Shown here in pieces: positions 1-14,284 of a stretch of DNA of 64,000 bases. The number at the start of each line of letters is the position of its first letter. Positions within the stretch are counted from its first letter, which is position 1. The position numbers and the translations under genes were made by a program. The notes beneath the pieces were generated by a model that did no database searches, had not been told where the DNA came from, and worked only from the letters and a program-made list of their open reading frames with translations. This DNA comes from the human T2T-CHM13v2.0 reference genome, Homo sapiens: NCBI RefSeq assembly GCF_009914755.1, contig NC_060926.1; one strand, 5' to 3'.

Positions 1-915
1 CAAGAAGCTGATGACTTCATGCTATAGGTAGCTTTTCTCAAGATGTCAGAACAAGACTCCATATCATAATGATATTCTTACCCCTCTCAATGCCTACCAT
101 TTTACTTGACAGGATAAGAGTGTAATTGAAATTTTACAATCAGTAGCTTCTGTTGGTAACTTGACAGAACCTGACCTAAGAGATCCTTTAATCTATTTAG
201 TGGGTGACTTTGGCAACAACCAAAATATGACTGGTGTTCATTCTCTGCTTTAATTCAACCCAGCCGTGAGATAGTAGATGATAAAATTGCTTTATATTAT
301 CTATTGGCTAGATAAGAAAACTACTTTGTTATTGCTAATACTACATGCTGTACCTGGACAAATTCATTTGGGAAAATTGAGACTCATATATATATAAAAT
401 AAGAAAACAAGTCACATGGTTACAAAACAGGTGTCACCTAATTTGCATTTAATTTATTCAATTGGTTGCCTTTAAGACTAGATTCATGACTCAAAACTAT
501 TATACAATACTAAACCATTATGTTAAAAGTTCTTATGTTGCTTTTATATTACTTTACATGTTAAACATTTTACCTGTTACTTGCAAAATTTCTGCAAAAA
601 TACAACTCTTAACAGAATAGTGCTGGCCAGCATTTTGAGATGATAGCCAATGCCTATGGAAGAGACAAAATTAAACTTAATAATGGTCTCCAGTTAGACT
701 TGGCTTGAAAGCCACTCCCTCCAACTCTCCCTTGTTGCTCAAACATTGTTAAAATTCTGTTGACATTTATGGCTAGTCTCCAATCACTCACAAACTTGAG
801 ACAAGACCAACAAGCCAGGAAAGGTCTATAATAGCACCAAGAGATAATCAAAACCAAACTACAGGAGGATTGGTCAGCAATGCTTTCAGAGAAAGATTGT
901 AATAAAAAGGAAAAT
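1..915 (+). mobile_element. ERV1 (MER4-group, MER34-like) internal 3' region with degenerate env TM remnant
   Basis: 268-393 reads EIVDDKIALYYLLAR*ENYFVIANTTCCTWTNSFGKIETHIY, resembling the gammaretroviral immunosuppressive domain plus CX6CC region (first Cys lost, in-frame stop). A purine tract AAAAAGGAAAA lies just before the LTR. Confidence 0.8.
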
Positions 916-1359
916 TGTACAAGTTGTCAGAATCAAAATGGAGTCATTTTTTAAAAAGAAAAAACCCTGAATAATAGAACCAAGGAAAGCCATGAAGGGT
1001 GGCTTCTCATGCAAAAGCACCTGATAACAAAAACTATCACAAAAGAATATAAAAACCACAGCCTTGCATAAAGCCCTTTGCAAACTAATACAAAAAAATA
1101 CTCTCCAAGGACATTGGCCCAACAACTCCTTGTCTTACCTCAGACTTGGCACCACCCTTGTTATTGATTCTTATAGCCAAGGATAATTATCTCTAAACAA
1201 TTATGTAATCTTCCTCATTTTTTTGAAACTGTTTTTCTTTATCTCCCTGAATACATGTATTGTTTACCATGGCACATTGATTTTCATTGCAATGGTATAT
1301 TCCTGAATATATAAAATTGGTTTTAAAGGGCCTCTCTCTGCCTGTTATTCAGGCTAACA
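916..1359 (+). mobile_element. 3' LTR of the ERV1 element (MER34/MER39-like)
   Basis: Starts TG after a polypurine tract, contains GTTGTCAGAATCAAAATGGAGTCA typical of MER34-group LTRs, and ends TGTTATTCAGGCTAACA. Confidence 0.75.
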
Positions 1360-1369
1360 TACCTCTTTC

Positions 1370-1760
1370 CCTCCCTTCAGCTAACACTTCATTTGGTTGA
1401 GGTCCCTTTTGTAGTGAGTGAATTAAACCTAGTTGCACACACGTAAAAGCCTTGACCACATAAGATTAGAGGGGCACAAGAGGGCACTCTGATGATCACC
1501 TTCACTCGTATCATACTTCTCTCAGCTCTCAATGTACTGAAACAACCTTGTTTCTTTGATGATCACAATCAATCACTTCAACTCAAAGTAATCTTTTCTG
1601 CCTATTCATGCTGTTACTGGAGGAACTGACAATAGCTATAATGCACACTAAGCTTTCAATTTGGTGGAGTCCGTTTGTGGTCCTCTGATGAATGAATTAT
1701 GCTTTAGGTAATCAAAAATAAGCACTAAGACTCTGAGGCAGCATAACAGGAAAGAGAAGT
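1370..1760 (-). mobile_element. ERVL/MLT-type internal fragment (dUTPase-like region), highly degenerate
   Basis: Minus strand near 1553-1576 reads VIDCDHQR, similar to the ERVL VIDPDYQ motif; flanking sequence resembles ERVL-int. Confidence 0.45.
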
Positions 1761-1857
1761 CTCATGTATCACACTATTACCTAAACTTAGGTCACATAAC
1801 CACCTTGAACTGATGTTTATCTCGACTTTTCTTGAGAAATATACATTTAATATTTTG

Positions 1858-1990
1858 GTCTCCTCTTCCTCTTTCTTCTTCTTCCTCCTTCCTTGACCTC
1901 CTCCATCTCTTCTTCCTCTTTCTCTTCCTCCTCCTCCTCCTTCTTATTCTTTTCTTCCTCCCCTCTCTCTTTTTCTCTCTCCCTCTGTCT
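1858..1990. repeat. CT-rich low-complexity tract
   Basis: Degenerate (CTT/CCT)n polypyrimidine run. Confidence 0.9.
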
Positions 1991-1999
1991 TGTCTTATA

Positions 2000-2504
2000 T
2001 GTATTATTCAAGGTCATTTATGAAAAAAGAGATTCACTATGCATGTGATGGGACAGGAAAGGAGGAGTTTTGAAATTAAAAGTACATAATGAAAGCCTAT
2101 ATGTTTAGAGAAGAGGTCAGCAAGCAGAGTAGTAAACTAAGAAGTCAAGTGCGATGAGCTATTGATGTGGGACTGCCAGCCTCAGTGGGCCCACAAACAA
2201 GTGTCTGGTGTTAGAGTTAAAATCACTCTTAGCAGGAGTGAATTGTAAGTAGCAAGTAGGAATAGGAGCTAAACGGAAAGCAGAAGGAACTGGGGCCAAG
2301 CTGGAAATGACCAAGTAACCTGTGCTCATCCATCGATCATAAACCTTAAAAAATATTCAGACAGAGATGATGGCTACTTCACTTCTACTCTCCAATTTTG
2401 CATGATATTTCCACCAGAGGACCATCAATGATTATTTTGTCAGATGCTAAACTGGCACCACATAGTTTCCAGGTTAATCAAGTTGGCATAACCCTATCCA
2501 CCAC
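2000..2504 (-). mobile_element. Old ERVL/MaLR-type LTR (MLT-like)
   Basis: Ends AGTTGGCATAACCCTATCCACCACA, resembling the reverse complement of an MLT2-type LTR start. Confidence 0.35.
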
Positions 2505-4649
2505 ACTGTGTATCTGTATTTATATGTGTATGTGTTTATAAAAACTGTTAAAAATAGATAAGTACAAAAATTGTATCTTTGTACAAATCCTTTATTCAAA
2601 TTTTTATTTTATATTGATAACTATTGTCACATGTATTTATGGAATACAAAGTGGTATTATAATTTTTGAATGCAATGTGGAAACATTAAATTAAGATAAT
2701 TAACATTTCAATGACCTCAATTATCTAGTATATTTTCTGATAACATTAAAAATTTACTCTTTAAATAATATTAAAATGTACAGAACTTCATTACTAGCCA
2801 TATTCACTATGCTGTGCAATTAATCTAAAGAAAATCCAGCTAATTTTTCCTTATACTCTTTGACTGTTACTGTTCCATTTTCCCTATCTCCTAACTTCTA
2901 GTCACTACCAGCCTAACTCTCTGCTTTTATGAGTTCAATTTCTTTAGATTTCTTGTATAATTGAAACCGTGGTATTTGTCTTTCTGTGTTTGTCTTATTC
3001 CACTTAGCATTAAGTTCTCCAATTCCATTTATGTTGTTTCACATGACCAAATCTGTTCTTTTTTAAAGCTCAACAGTATTACATAATGTATATATGCCAC
3101 ATTTTCTTTATCCGTTCATCCTTTGTTGGACACTTAGGTTGATTTCATAGCTTGAATCAGCCTGTGAATAGTGCTGCAATGAAATGGAACTGCAGACATC
3201 TATTTGACATATTGATTCTCAATCTCAAGTAAATACTTAGAAATGGGGTTTCTAGATTGTATGGTATTCTATTGCTAGTTTTTTGAGGTACCACCGTAAT
3301 ATTTTCTATAATAGTTGTATGAAGTTACATTCCCAACAATAGTATATAAGAATTTCCTTTCTCCACAGCCTCGACAGGACTTGTTATTTGCTATCTTTTT
3401 TTTATAATTACCATTCTAACAGGCACAAAATAATATCTCACTGCAGTTTTAGTTTGCATCTCCCTGGTGATTGGTGAGGTAGATATTTTTTTCATGTATC
3501 TGTTAGCCATTTGGTTGTTTTTTATTAGAAATATCCATTCAATTCCCTTGACCATTTCTTAATTGGATTATGTATTTTCTTTCTATAGAGTTGTTGGAGT
3601 TTCTAACGTATTTTTATCAGATGTATGGCTTGCAAATATTTTATCTCAATCTGTAGGTTGTCTCTTCGCTTTGTTAGTTGTTTTCTTTGATAGGCAGAAG
3701 GTTTTAAATATGATTTCATTTGTTACCTTTCCTTTTGTTGCCTTGTACTTTTGGGGTCAAATTTTAAAAATTATTGCCCAGACCAGTGTCATGTAGTTTT
3801 TCCAATGTCATTTTGTATTTTCCTCTAGTAGTTTTATAGTTTCAGATTGTTTAATTTTTTCATCTATTTTGAGTAGACTTTTGTATATGGTGTAAGATGA
3901 AGGTCCAATTTTATTCTTTTACATATGGATATCCAGTTTTCCTAGCACCATTTATTGAGGAGATTATACATTTTCCATTGTATATTATTGGTAATTTTGT
4001 TGAAAATCAATTGACTGCAGAGGTATGGATTCTTTTCTGGGCTTGCTATTCTGTTCCATTGGTTGATGTGTCTATTTTTATGTTAGTGCCATGCTATTTT
4101 AAATATTATTGCTTTAAAGTATAGCTTGAAATCATGGAGTGAGATACATCTAGCTTTGTTCTCTTTTCTTATATTGCCTTGGCAATTTGCTTTTTGTTAT
4201 GGTTCACATACGTTTTAGGATAGTTATTTTCTGTATATCGAAAAATGACATTGGAATCTTGATAGAGATCTCAATAAATGTGTAGATAGCTTTGTGTAAC
4301 ATGGACATTTTTACAATATTAATTCTTCCAATACATAAATAAAAAATATTTTTCCATTTATTTGTTTCTTCCTCAATTTTTTTTTTTGCTAATATTTTAT
4401 AGTTTTCAGCATACGGGTCTTTCACATTCTTGGTTAAATTTATTATTAAGTATTTTATTTCTTTTTTTGTAGCCATTTTAAATGGGATTGTTATATTTAT
4501 TTATTTTTTGATAAGTTTGTTGTTAGTGTAGAGAAGCACTACTAATTTTGGCATGCTGATTTTGTATCCTGAAACTTTACTGAATTTTTTAATAAGTCCT
4601 AATAGTTTTTGGTGAAATGTTTAGGGCTTTCTATATATAAGATTATGTT

Positions 4650-4945
4650 GGCCAGGCGCAGTGGCTCATGCCTGTAATCCCAGCACTTTGAGAGGCTGAG
4701 GTGGGTGGATCTTTTGAGGTCAGGGGTTCGAGATCAGCCTGGCCAACATGGAGAAACCCTGTCTTTACTAAAAATACAAAAATTAGCTGAGTGTGGTGGC
4801 GAGTCGCTGTAGTCCCAGCTACTCAGGATGCTGAGCATGAGAATTGCTTGAAACCAAGAGGCAGGAGTTGTGGTGAGCCAAGATAATGCCACTACACTCC
4901 AGCCTGGGCAACAAGCAAGTCTCCATCTCAAAAAAAGAAAAAAAA
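4650..4945 (+). mobile_element. AluS element
   Basis: GGCCAGGCGCAGTGGCTCATGCCTGTAATCC start, two monomers, A-rich linker and A tail. Confidence 0.97.
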
Positions 4946-6647
4946 TTTAGAATGTTATTTCTGATTCCAGTTAGAATTTAGGATTTTAAGTTCTGGCTAG
5001 AATGTGTAATGCTATCTTAAATAGATATGGCAAGATGGGACATCCTTGTCTTCTTTCAGATCTTAGAGAAGACATATTAAAATTTTTGTGTTAAGCATGA
5101 TGTAAGCTGTGGGTTTGTCATATATGCCTTTATTGTGTTGAGGTACATTTCTTCTATACCTGATTTATTGAGAGGGTTTTTCATTATTATTATGAAATAA
5201 TGTTGAATTTTGTTAAATATTTTTCTGCAACTATGGAGATGATCATATGATTTTTGTTCATCATTCTGTAAATGTGGTTTTTTCACACTTGTTGATTTGA
5301 GTATGTTGAATCCTTTTTGCATCCCAGGGATAAATATCACTTGATTTTGGTGAAATCCTTTTAATTTGTTGTTAAATTTGACTTGCTGTTTTTTTTTTTT
5401 TTGAGGTTTTTGCATCTATGCTTATCAAGAATATTGGCCTGCGATTTTCTTTTCTTGTGATGTGCTGGTCTCGCATTGATACCAGAGTAAGGGGGGAAGA
5501 GGGAAGTATTCCCTCTTCTTCCATTTTCTGGACTAGTTTGTGAAGAATTGATATTAAATCATTTTAAAAGTTTGGTAGAATTTAGCAGCAGTAAAGCCAT
5601 CAGGTCCTGTTCTTTTCTTTGTTTGAAAATATTTTATTACTGATTCAATCTCCTCTCTCGTTATTTGTATGGTAAGATTTTCTGTTTCTTCATGATTCAG
5701 TTTTTGTAGGTTGCATGTGTCAAGGAATTTATTCATTACACCTGAGTTTTGCTTTTGTTTTTTGCCTAGAATTGTTCATATCAGTTTCTTATAATCCTTT
5801 TCATTTCTGTGGTGTCAGTTGTAATCTTTTCTCTTTCATTTCTGATTTATTTATTTGAGACTTTTGTTTAGCTATAGCTTTGTCAATTTTGTTTATCTTG
5901 TTAATGAATCAACTCTTAGTTTCATTGATCTTTTATATTATTTTTCTAGACTCTATTTTATTTATCTCTGCTCTGCCCTTTATTATTTCTTCCTTCTTCT
6001 AAAATTGAGATTAGCTTGTTCTTCTTTTTCTAATTCTTTGAGGGAAAACATTACGCTGTGTATTTGTAATGTTTCTTTCTTTTTCTGATACAGGCATTCC
6101 ACAAGTTTTGTTATAATGTATATCTTTTTGTTTGTCTCAATATGTTTTAATTTTTCTTTTAGTTTCTTCATTGACCCATTGGTTGTTCAGGAGCATGCTG
6201 TTTAATTTCCATGTATTCATACATATCCCCAAATTTTTTCCTGTTACTGCTTTATTGTTTCATACCATCGTGTCCAGAAAAGGTAATTGATATGATTCCA
6301 ATCTTTTTTAAATTTGCTAATCCTTGGTTGTCTTGTAGTTTACCATATAATGTATCCTGGAAAATGTTCTGTGTGTTCTTGACAAAAAAATGCACATTCT
6401 ATTGCTTTTCAATAAAATACATTGTATATATCTGTTAGGTCCATTTGGTCTAAAATGTTGTTCAAATCCAATGTTCCCTTATTAATTTAATGTGTGGATG
6501 ATCTGTCCATTATTCAAAGTAGAATATTGAAGTCCCCTACTATTATTTAATCACAATCTATCTCTCTTTTCAGATCCTTCAATATTTATTTATTTAGGTG
6601 TTTTGCCCTTGGCTGCATATTGTTATATCCTCTGGATGAATTAACTC

Positions 6648-6651
6648 CTTT

Positions 6652-6695
<44 letters not shown>

Positions 6696-6891
6696 TTTTT
6701 GAGATGGAGTCTCGCTGTGTTGCCCAGGCTGGAGTGCAGTGGCATGAACTTGGCTCATTGCTAGTTCTGCCTCCCGGGTTCATGCCATTCTTATGCCTCA
6801 GCCTCCTGAGCAGCTGGGACTACAGGCGCCCGCTGCCATGCCCGGGTAATTTTTTTGTATTTTTAGTAGAGATGGGGTTTCACTGTGTTAG
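6648..6891 (-). mobile_element. 5'-truncated AluY-like element with (ATTT)n tail
   Basis: Right monomer and linker present with AluY-type diagnostics (CATGCCATTC, CACTGTGTTAG); most of the left monomer is missing. Confidence 0.92.
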
Positions 6892-9419
6892 AAATTCTGC
6901 ACTTTTTGTCCTCACCTACATTTTATGTTTTTGATGTTTAAATGTACATAATTTTGTAATATTGTATGTATCCCTACACAGTTTATTTTAGCTATTATTT
7001 TTAATACTTTTGTCTTTTATCCTTTATAGTAGGGATAAAGTTGCTTTATGTATCACCATTACAGTCCTAGTGTTCTGAATATTTCTCATTATTACTTACA
7101 TCATTAAGTTTTGTGCTTACATACATTTAATTTTATTAATTGGCAGCCTTTCATTTTATCTTAAAGAACTGTATTAAGCAATTTTTCTTGAGGCAGGCCT
7201 AGTGGTGATGAACTTCCTTGACTTTTGTTTATCTGTGGAAGTTTTTTCTTTTCTCTTTTATTCCTGAAACAAAGCTTTTTTGAGTAAAATATTTTTGGTT
7301 GTCAGGTTTTTACCTTCACTACTTTGAATATATACCACTCACTCTCTCCTGCATAGCAGGGTTTCTGCTAAGTCCACTGATAGCCATACTAGAACTCCTC
7401 TATTTTTGATGTACTTTTATATCTTGCTGATCTTGGGATTTTTGTTTGTCTTTGATTTTTTAAGAATTTGATTATTATGTGTTGTGATAAGCTCCTTTTT
7501 GGATTAAATTTTACTGAAGATTAATGAGCTCCCTGTGTCTGGATGATGGCTTCTTTCTTCAGATTAGGAAAGTTTTTCATTATTATTTATTTCTTTAATC
7601 CATTATTACTTTAAATATGTTTTCTGGCCCATTTTCTCTTTCTTGTACTTTTTGAATTCCTATTATATATGTAGCTTAGATCTCTTGATGATGTGCCATA
7701 TTTCATGTAGCATAGGCACATAGGCTTTCTATATTTTTCATTCATTTTTTTTTGGCAAGTTCACTGATTCTTTCCTCAGCTTGATCATGCTAGGTGTTCA
7801 AACTTTTTATTTGCATGTTTCAGTTAAGTCATGATATTTTTCATTATTAAGATTTCTATTTTTTTGTAAAACTACTTGATTTGTTTATTTATTTTTTTTC
7901 AGGTTTCATTTAATATGTCATGCATATATTCTTGGAGTTCATTGAACTGTTTACAGAGGATTATTCTGAATTCCTTTTTCTGAATTTTATAGATTTTCCT
8001 TTCTTTAATGTCTATTATTGGAGATTTGTTAGTTTCTTTTGGAGGTGACATAATTTTTTGAGTCTTTGTATTTGTTATGTTTTTGTGTTGATGTTTGCAC
8101 CTTTGTGGAGACAGACACCATTTTCAATTTTTACAGATGTTCTTTGAGAGGGATAGACCTTTACTATTTATTATATCTTATGATTCTGATTGGGCTGGCT
8201 GGTATTGACCCTAGGGAGGCAAAGCTTCCTTTTAGGTTCTTTAGATGTCTGGGCTGCTGTCTTTGGTCTGAATTTATGTGAGGCAGCAAGTTAGGTTCTG
8301 CAATACAGGGAGACCACTGGCTAAACTGTCCAATCAGGCTGTACTTCTGGATGGGCATTGCAATCACTTTTGATGCAGCTGGGACACAAGATGTATTCTC
8401 TGGCCAGAAAGCACCCTTATTTGGGTTCAGCAGTTGGAAAGGGTTGTAGGAGAGGCCCCAAGGTTAAGTAGATCAGGATAGGTGGACTGACTGTTATGCT
8501 CAGTAGAAATGTAGTGTTGAGATCCGCCACCCTCCATGAATGTGGTCTGGTGATGAGCTTTGAGTCTGTAAGGAGTGCTGACTAAATTCCTTGATATGGC
8601 AGAACTAGTGCCTGCTTGTTGTCTCATACTCTCATAATCATAAATTCCCTCATAATCTTCCATGAGATGAAGGCTGGCAAGTTTTCATGGTGGCACCGAT
8701 AATCAAGTCTTCATGTTAGGTGTGGAGGCTCCCAGGCTGTAGCAGAGAGAGTCTGTAACAAACACAGGGCCTCTTCAGAATATGCTATGGGACAGAGGCT
8801 GGCAAGCTGGTCCCTGTAGCTCAGATGAGTGAGTCTCTCTCTGGGTCACTGTGTGAATAGTACTACGTTGGAACAACAACTAAAGTGGGGTAGAGCCAAA
8901 TTACAGGCTAACTTTTACTTTCACTGCTGAGACCAATATCAGTGGGCAAATGAGCCTTTCTGTCAAGGCACTAGTGTGGGTGATTCTCCTTGGCAGATGG
9001 TTTTGGTTGCAGGCTTATGGCCAAAAGGGGTTGTAGCCAAGCCATTGAGGAACAGAGCAATTTCTGGGTTTGAACTTGGGATCACCACTGGTACTCCTGC
9101 CACCTGGGTATGGGTTTGAATTCTCAAAATATTCCTCCTAGGTCTTGGGCTCCATTAGGGTTTTGCAACCTCCTGCCTCAATCCCAGGGCTTCCACAGTG
9201 AGACTTTTGTCTATGGATAAATACAAAATTCTTGTTGTCGTTAGGGAATAAAAGTGAGTGAGCTCCTATTCTGTCATCTTATTGATATATTCACCCCTGT
9301 CATAAAATTATACCCCCAAAGTATACACACAAGACAAAGCTAACAAAAATCTTGAGAAAAAAAGCACATTTGAGCAGAGAAGTAAAAGTAACATTTTAAT
9401 TATCCATTGATGGATAGGA

Positions 9420-10260
<841 letters not shown>

Positions 10261-10389
10261 GCTAATTTAAATTCATATTAGCGTTAGTTTAGTCAGGAAA
10301 TCTCAGAATGTGAATTGCACAATATAACCGGAATTGCTGCACTGATTTTCAAGGGAGTCTCCATAGAGCCAATTATCCATGGCTCAGAT

Positions 10390-10600
10390 AAGTGGTTTTC
10401 AGACATGGTAGATCATCAGAATCACAAGGTAAAAAAGGAAGGCTAAGGGAACAGGGAACAGCAGGAATGCGGGAGAAAGGGGATGGCTTTAAAACAAATC
10501 ACATATCTGGCTTTATTCCAGATTTACAGAATCAGATTCTTGAGCGATGGAGCCTCAAAATCTGTATTTTAAGCTCATGCAGTGATTCTAAGTTTGTGAG
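10390..10600. mobile_element. MER5-like hAT-Charlie non-autonomous DNA transposon
   Basis: AGTGGTTTTCA...CATCAGAATCAC...CAGAATCAGATTCT...AATCTGTATTTTAA...GTGATTCTAA motifs. Confidence 0.65.
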
Positions 10601-10934
10601 CTGGCATGTTGACTTGCACAACTTCAGGGGATGCCAATCATGTCATGTAGTATTTGTGAATGTGAAAAAGTGCACAATGTACAAAGCAGTAATCAGTGGC
10701 CTTGCTTACTTAAGGTCTAAGATATTTCATTATTAAGAAAACACCCAGAGGCAGATCACAAATGGAGCAGAATGTAAAGAATAAAGAAAGAAACAAGCCC
10801 AGATTGCAGTAATAAAAGCAAATGTTTCTATGGATATCCATAGGACAGGTCAGAAGGCAATGAAATAATAGCCATAACAAAGCTTCTGCTGTGCAACTTT
10901 CCAACCTTGTCTTTATATACTTTGAACATTATAG

Positions 10935-11035
10935 TGTGAGATTCTATGAGGCCAGAATCTTTTTGTTCACCAGTATATCCCCATCATGTAATACAGAGGC
11001 CAGCATATAGAAAGTGCTCAACAAATATTCACCAA
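10935..11035 (+). mobile_element. L2 3' end
   Basis: TTGTTCACCAGTATATCCCCA...GTGCTCAACAAATATT matches the L2 terminus. Confidence 0.7.
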
Positions 11036-11046
11036 TAAGATCAATA

Positions 11047-12700
11047 ATTTATTCAACACATACTATCAAGCTACATATATTTCCTAGACTCTGTGCCAAG
11101 TGTCATGATTATATAAACTAATAAGATATTGTCCCTGCTTAAAGGGAGCCAACTGTTTAAGAGTAAAAGATACATTTATTTGTAAACAAATAAGATCAAT
11201 GATATTACAGGTTTGTGGATTGGAGATGGAGCAAAGAGGGCTTTCAAGGTCATCCAGAAGTTAGGATTAATCATCTGAAGGCACAAAATGATGTTACGGT
11301 AGAAATGTGCAGACACACAATAATAACAGTGTTATATAATTAATACCAAGAGTGCATACTCAGAGCTAAACCATTTTTATATAAGCCTTTATTACATGTT
11401 TGTTAATGTGCATGTACTCAATTGTTGATCAAAACTTGTGACGGGCTTGAAGATGTTCTGCAGTGTACTCTGTGCACACTGTGTACTCAGCTTTGATACA
11501 CACTTAAGGAAGCTTTTATTGGCATTAAGAGGACCAGCTTTCTGGGAAATAAGATATGCCATGATTCTGATTTTTCACACCATAATTGCATGTTTTAATG
11601 AGTCTCACTATGTTGCCTGGGCTTCTGCTAATGATTTTGAAATAGTGTTTTGTCCCAAGACAAGGTGCCACAAGAGGATGGGACATAATACCAGACACGT
11701 CTGGAGAACAGTGTTCTGCATTCTACTACCCTGGATGATCCATGGTTCTTCTCCTATTTCTTTTGCAACTTATTAGCCTTTTTTCACTTTCTGGAGAAGA
11801 CATTAGCTAAATAGAGTTTTAAAAGATAATTTGAAGTTGAACAGGTATATGGGCTTGAGAATGAGAAAAATGATACAGAAGGAAGCAGTTGTCCACAGGA
11901 GTTTTGCAGATCATGTAGCTTTTCTGAGATAGCAGAGATTTTGGTATGGCTGAAGTTTACTGTGTGATGGTCAGGGAAGAGGACTGCAGGAACAGAAAGT
12001 TTAGAGACATGAGTAGGGGTCAAACTCATGCTTCCTTCACAGCTATGGCCTCAGGGTCTAGGAAGTTACCTATACTTTGTAAATGGTCACTTTATTAAAA
12101 ATAAATTAATGAATGGAAGTATTACTGAAATAAATTTGGAATTTTCCCAGAGGAAATGAGAAAATACTGAAAAATGTACAGTAGGCAAATAACATAATAA
12201 GTTTTCCAGTTTAGAATGATCAACTTAGCAGCATTGCAGTATCTTGTGCATTAATAAGATGAAGACCAATTAGGTGATTATTGCAATATTCCGAACTAGC
12301 GTAGATAAGAATCCCACCAAAAAGGATAAAGGTTAAATTAGAGATGTGCCTAAATAAATCTATTTTAGGTCTATGTCAATGAGTGGATGTTACTCGTAAT
12401 AGCTGGGGATAACTAGAGGAAGAATGAGAAACTGACCAAGATAGAAATATAGGAAAAGAGAAAGTTTGAGAAAATATCATGAGTATAGTTTTGTATCTAG
12501 TCTTGCTATAGATGTCCATGGAATATCCATGTAAGGATATCAAGAAAGCACTAAAGATTTGGAGCTCAAAAGAGAAGTCTGATCTGGAGATATATACCTG
12601 AGATTTATTAGTATGTATGGGGCTCTTATTAACACATATGTGGCAGTCAAAGCATGGAAATGAATGACGTCTCTCAAAGAGAATACTAAAAATGTAGAAA
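11047..12700 (-). mobile_element. Discontinuous L2 fragments (unique sequence at ~11200-11790 in between)
   Basis: TTATTCAACACATA...TGTCCCTGC start; later TTTGGAGCTCAAAAGAGAAGTCTGATCTGGAGATATA L2 motif. Confidence 0.6.
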
Positions 12701-14245
12701 AAAATGGTAAAATACTAGCACTGCAAGGCAGTAGACAAGGAATAGCCTTCAAAAGAAGCTGAGAATCTCTGAGCATACAATAAATTCAAAGGGTGAAGTG
12801 AGTAACAGTTTAAGTAGCTATCCATGATCTAGATAACTAAGTACCTAACTCTAAGTACCCATGGCTGAGGAATAGAAAATGTTTTTAGAAGTATACTCAT
12901 TAACTAAACAAATCAAGCTTGTCAGATTTATGCTATAATTAATATTTTTTGTAACAAGTTATCCATTAGGTAAGCCTATATGTCACTTTTCTTACAATTG
13001 TTTTGTCTTCTCAAATAATCCCTTTTGTCATTTTCCTAAATTCCCAAGTTAAAAGACCCCTTGAGATACTTTAAGCCAAAAATGCCTAAAATTTCAGGTA
13101 CCCAAACAACTGACTGAAGTTTACAAAAAAAGTCTCACTTTCTCAGACTACTACATACCTGGAGGCCTTTCAGAATTATTTGGATGAATGACATCTCTGT
13201 ATCCAAAAATAACTCATTGATTTCAATATGGCAAGTATGAGTTCTATAAGCTTAGGGACTTGCATAGAATAGTTGTCTGTAAATATTGTGTTAAGGATAG
13301 GATTGTACTAACACAGAATCTCTGACCTTGAGATGCTGAGCTATAGTAGTAAAAATCAGAGTCCTGACATTAATTATAAGCAAAACTGTCAGATAAGGCA
13401 ATTTGCACCTCCTTCTCCATGACCTTTAAGAAAAGATGACTCTTAATGGATACATCTGCATAATGGCTTTCCTCTGTTACTTTTACTTAGAGCTAATTGA
13501 CTATAGATTGAGAAAGATTAAAAATGGATGTTTATGGCCTGGGGTGCCAAGGACCATGCCTCTGTGGAATATCAAACCTCCCAGGAAAAGTATAAAGTTT
13601 GTAGAAGCAAATTGCCTACTAATCTTTTACCATCCACTTATGTGGGACATTCTAATTATTGTGTAGGATGGAAAAGTAATGGGATTTTATTGAAAGTTGA
13701 AATTTCATAAAAATATTTGTGAAGGCCTCTCACTTTGAGTCAGGTATAGATAAGAGCAACACCTATCTCCCAAGCTAGATAGCATTTCATGTGGCAAAAA
13801 AATTTCCTTAGCTTTTGACTGTCAAAAAGCCATACAGCTTTATAGTCTTTTAAATTATATCAGGTTCCTAGTGGTAATGACTAATGGAGGTAATGAATTT
13901 TGGTACTTTTAATATTAAAATAAATTAAAAATTAAATGGAAAATATTAAATAACTTGACCAGAGACATGTAGTTCATTAAAAATATATATGAGACTAGAA
14001 TGCAAACCTTCAATTTTCACAAATAATGCTTATTTGTCTGTTTGTAGGTTTGTCTTACATACACTATGCTGCTGTGAACAGCCAACTAAGAAAATCAAAA
14101 GCACCTGTGGATATTTAATATTTAATAAAATGATCATGTTGCTCCAAGTGCAATGTGAAGAATTGCCCTCCCCCAGCCAAGCCAAAAAGTTTTTAAATAA
14201 AAAATCATACTATGATAAAACTAAGTTTAAAAGGGACATAATTGG

Positions 14246-14247
<2 letters not shown>

Positions 14248-14281
<34 letters not shown>
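14248..14281. repeat. (AC)17 microsatellite
   Basis: Direct read. Confidence 0.98.

Positions 14282-14284
<3 letters not shown>

Larger units (their letters stand above)
2598..9297 (-). mobile_element. L1MA4-9-type LINE-1 spanning 5' end to 3' end, degenerate, with internal deletions and two Alu insertions
   Basis: L1MA 3' end at ~2600. Minus-strand ORF2 fragments (4204..4476 IKYLIINLTKNVKD, 5554..5736 GPDGFTA, 5077..5415 QVIFIPGMQ), then ORF1 and 5'UTR, ending in an L1M-type 5' start (minus strand ATCAATAAGATGACAGAATAGGAG). Confidence 0.85.

Noticed and set aside
10990-11100. Tail-to-tail L2 ends as a miR-28/151-type hairpin
   Set aside because: The geometry fits, but the two arms pair poorly by eye; no convincing stem.
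11370-11492. Cluster of TGTACT/TGTTCT steroid-receptor half-sites
   Set aside because: No properly spaced palindromic response element; short motifs are expected by chance.
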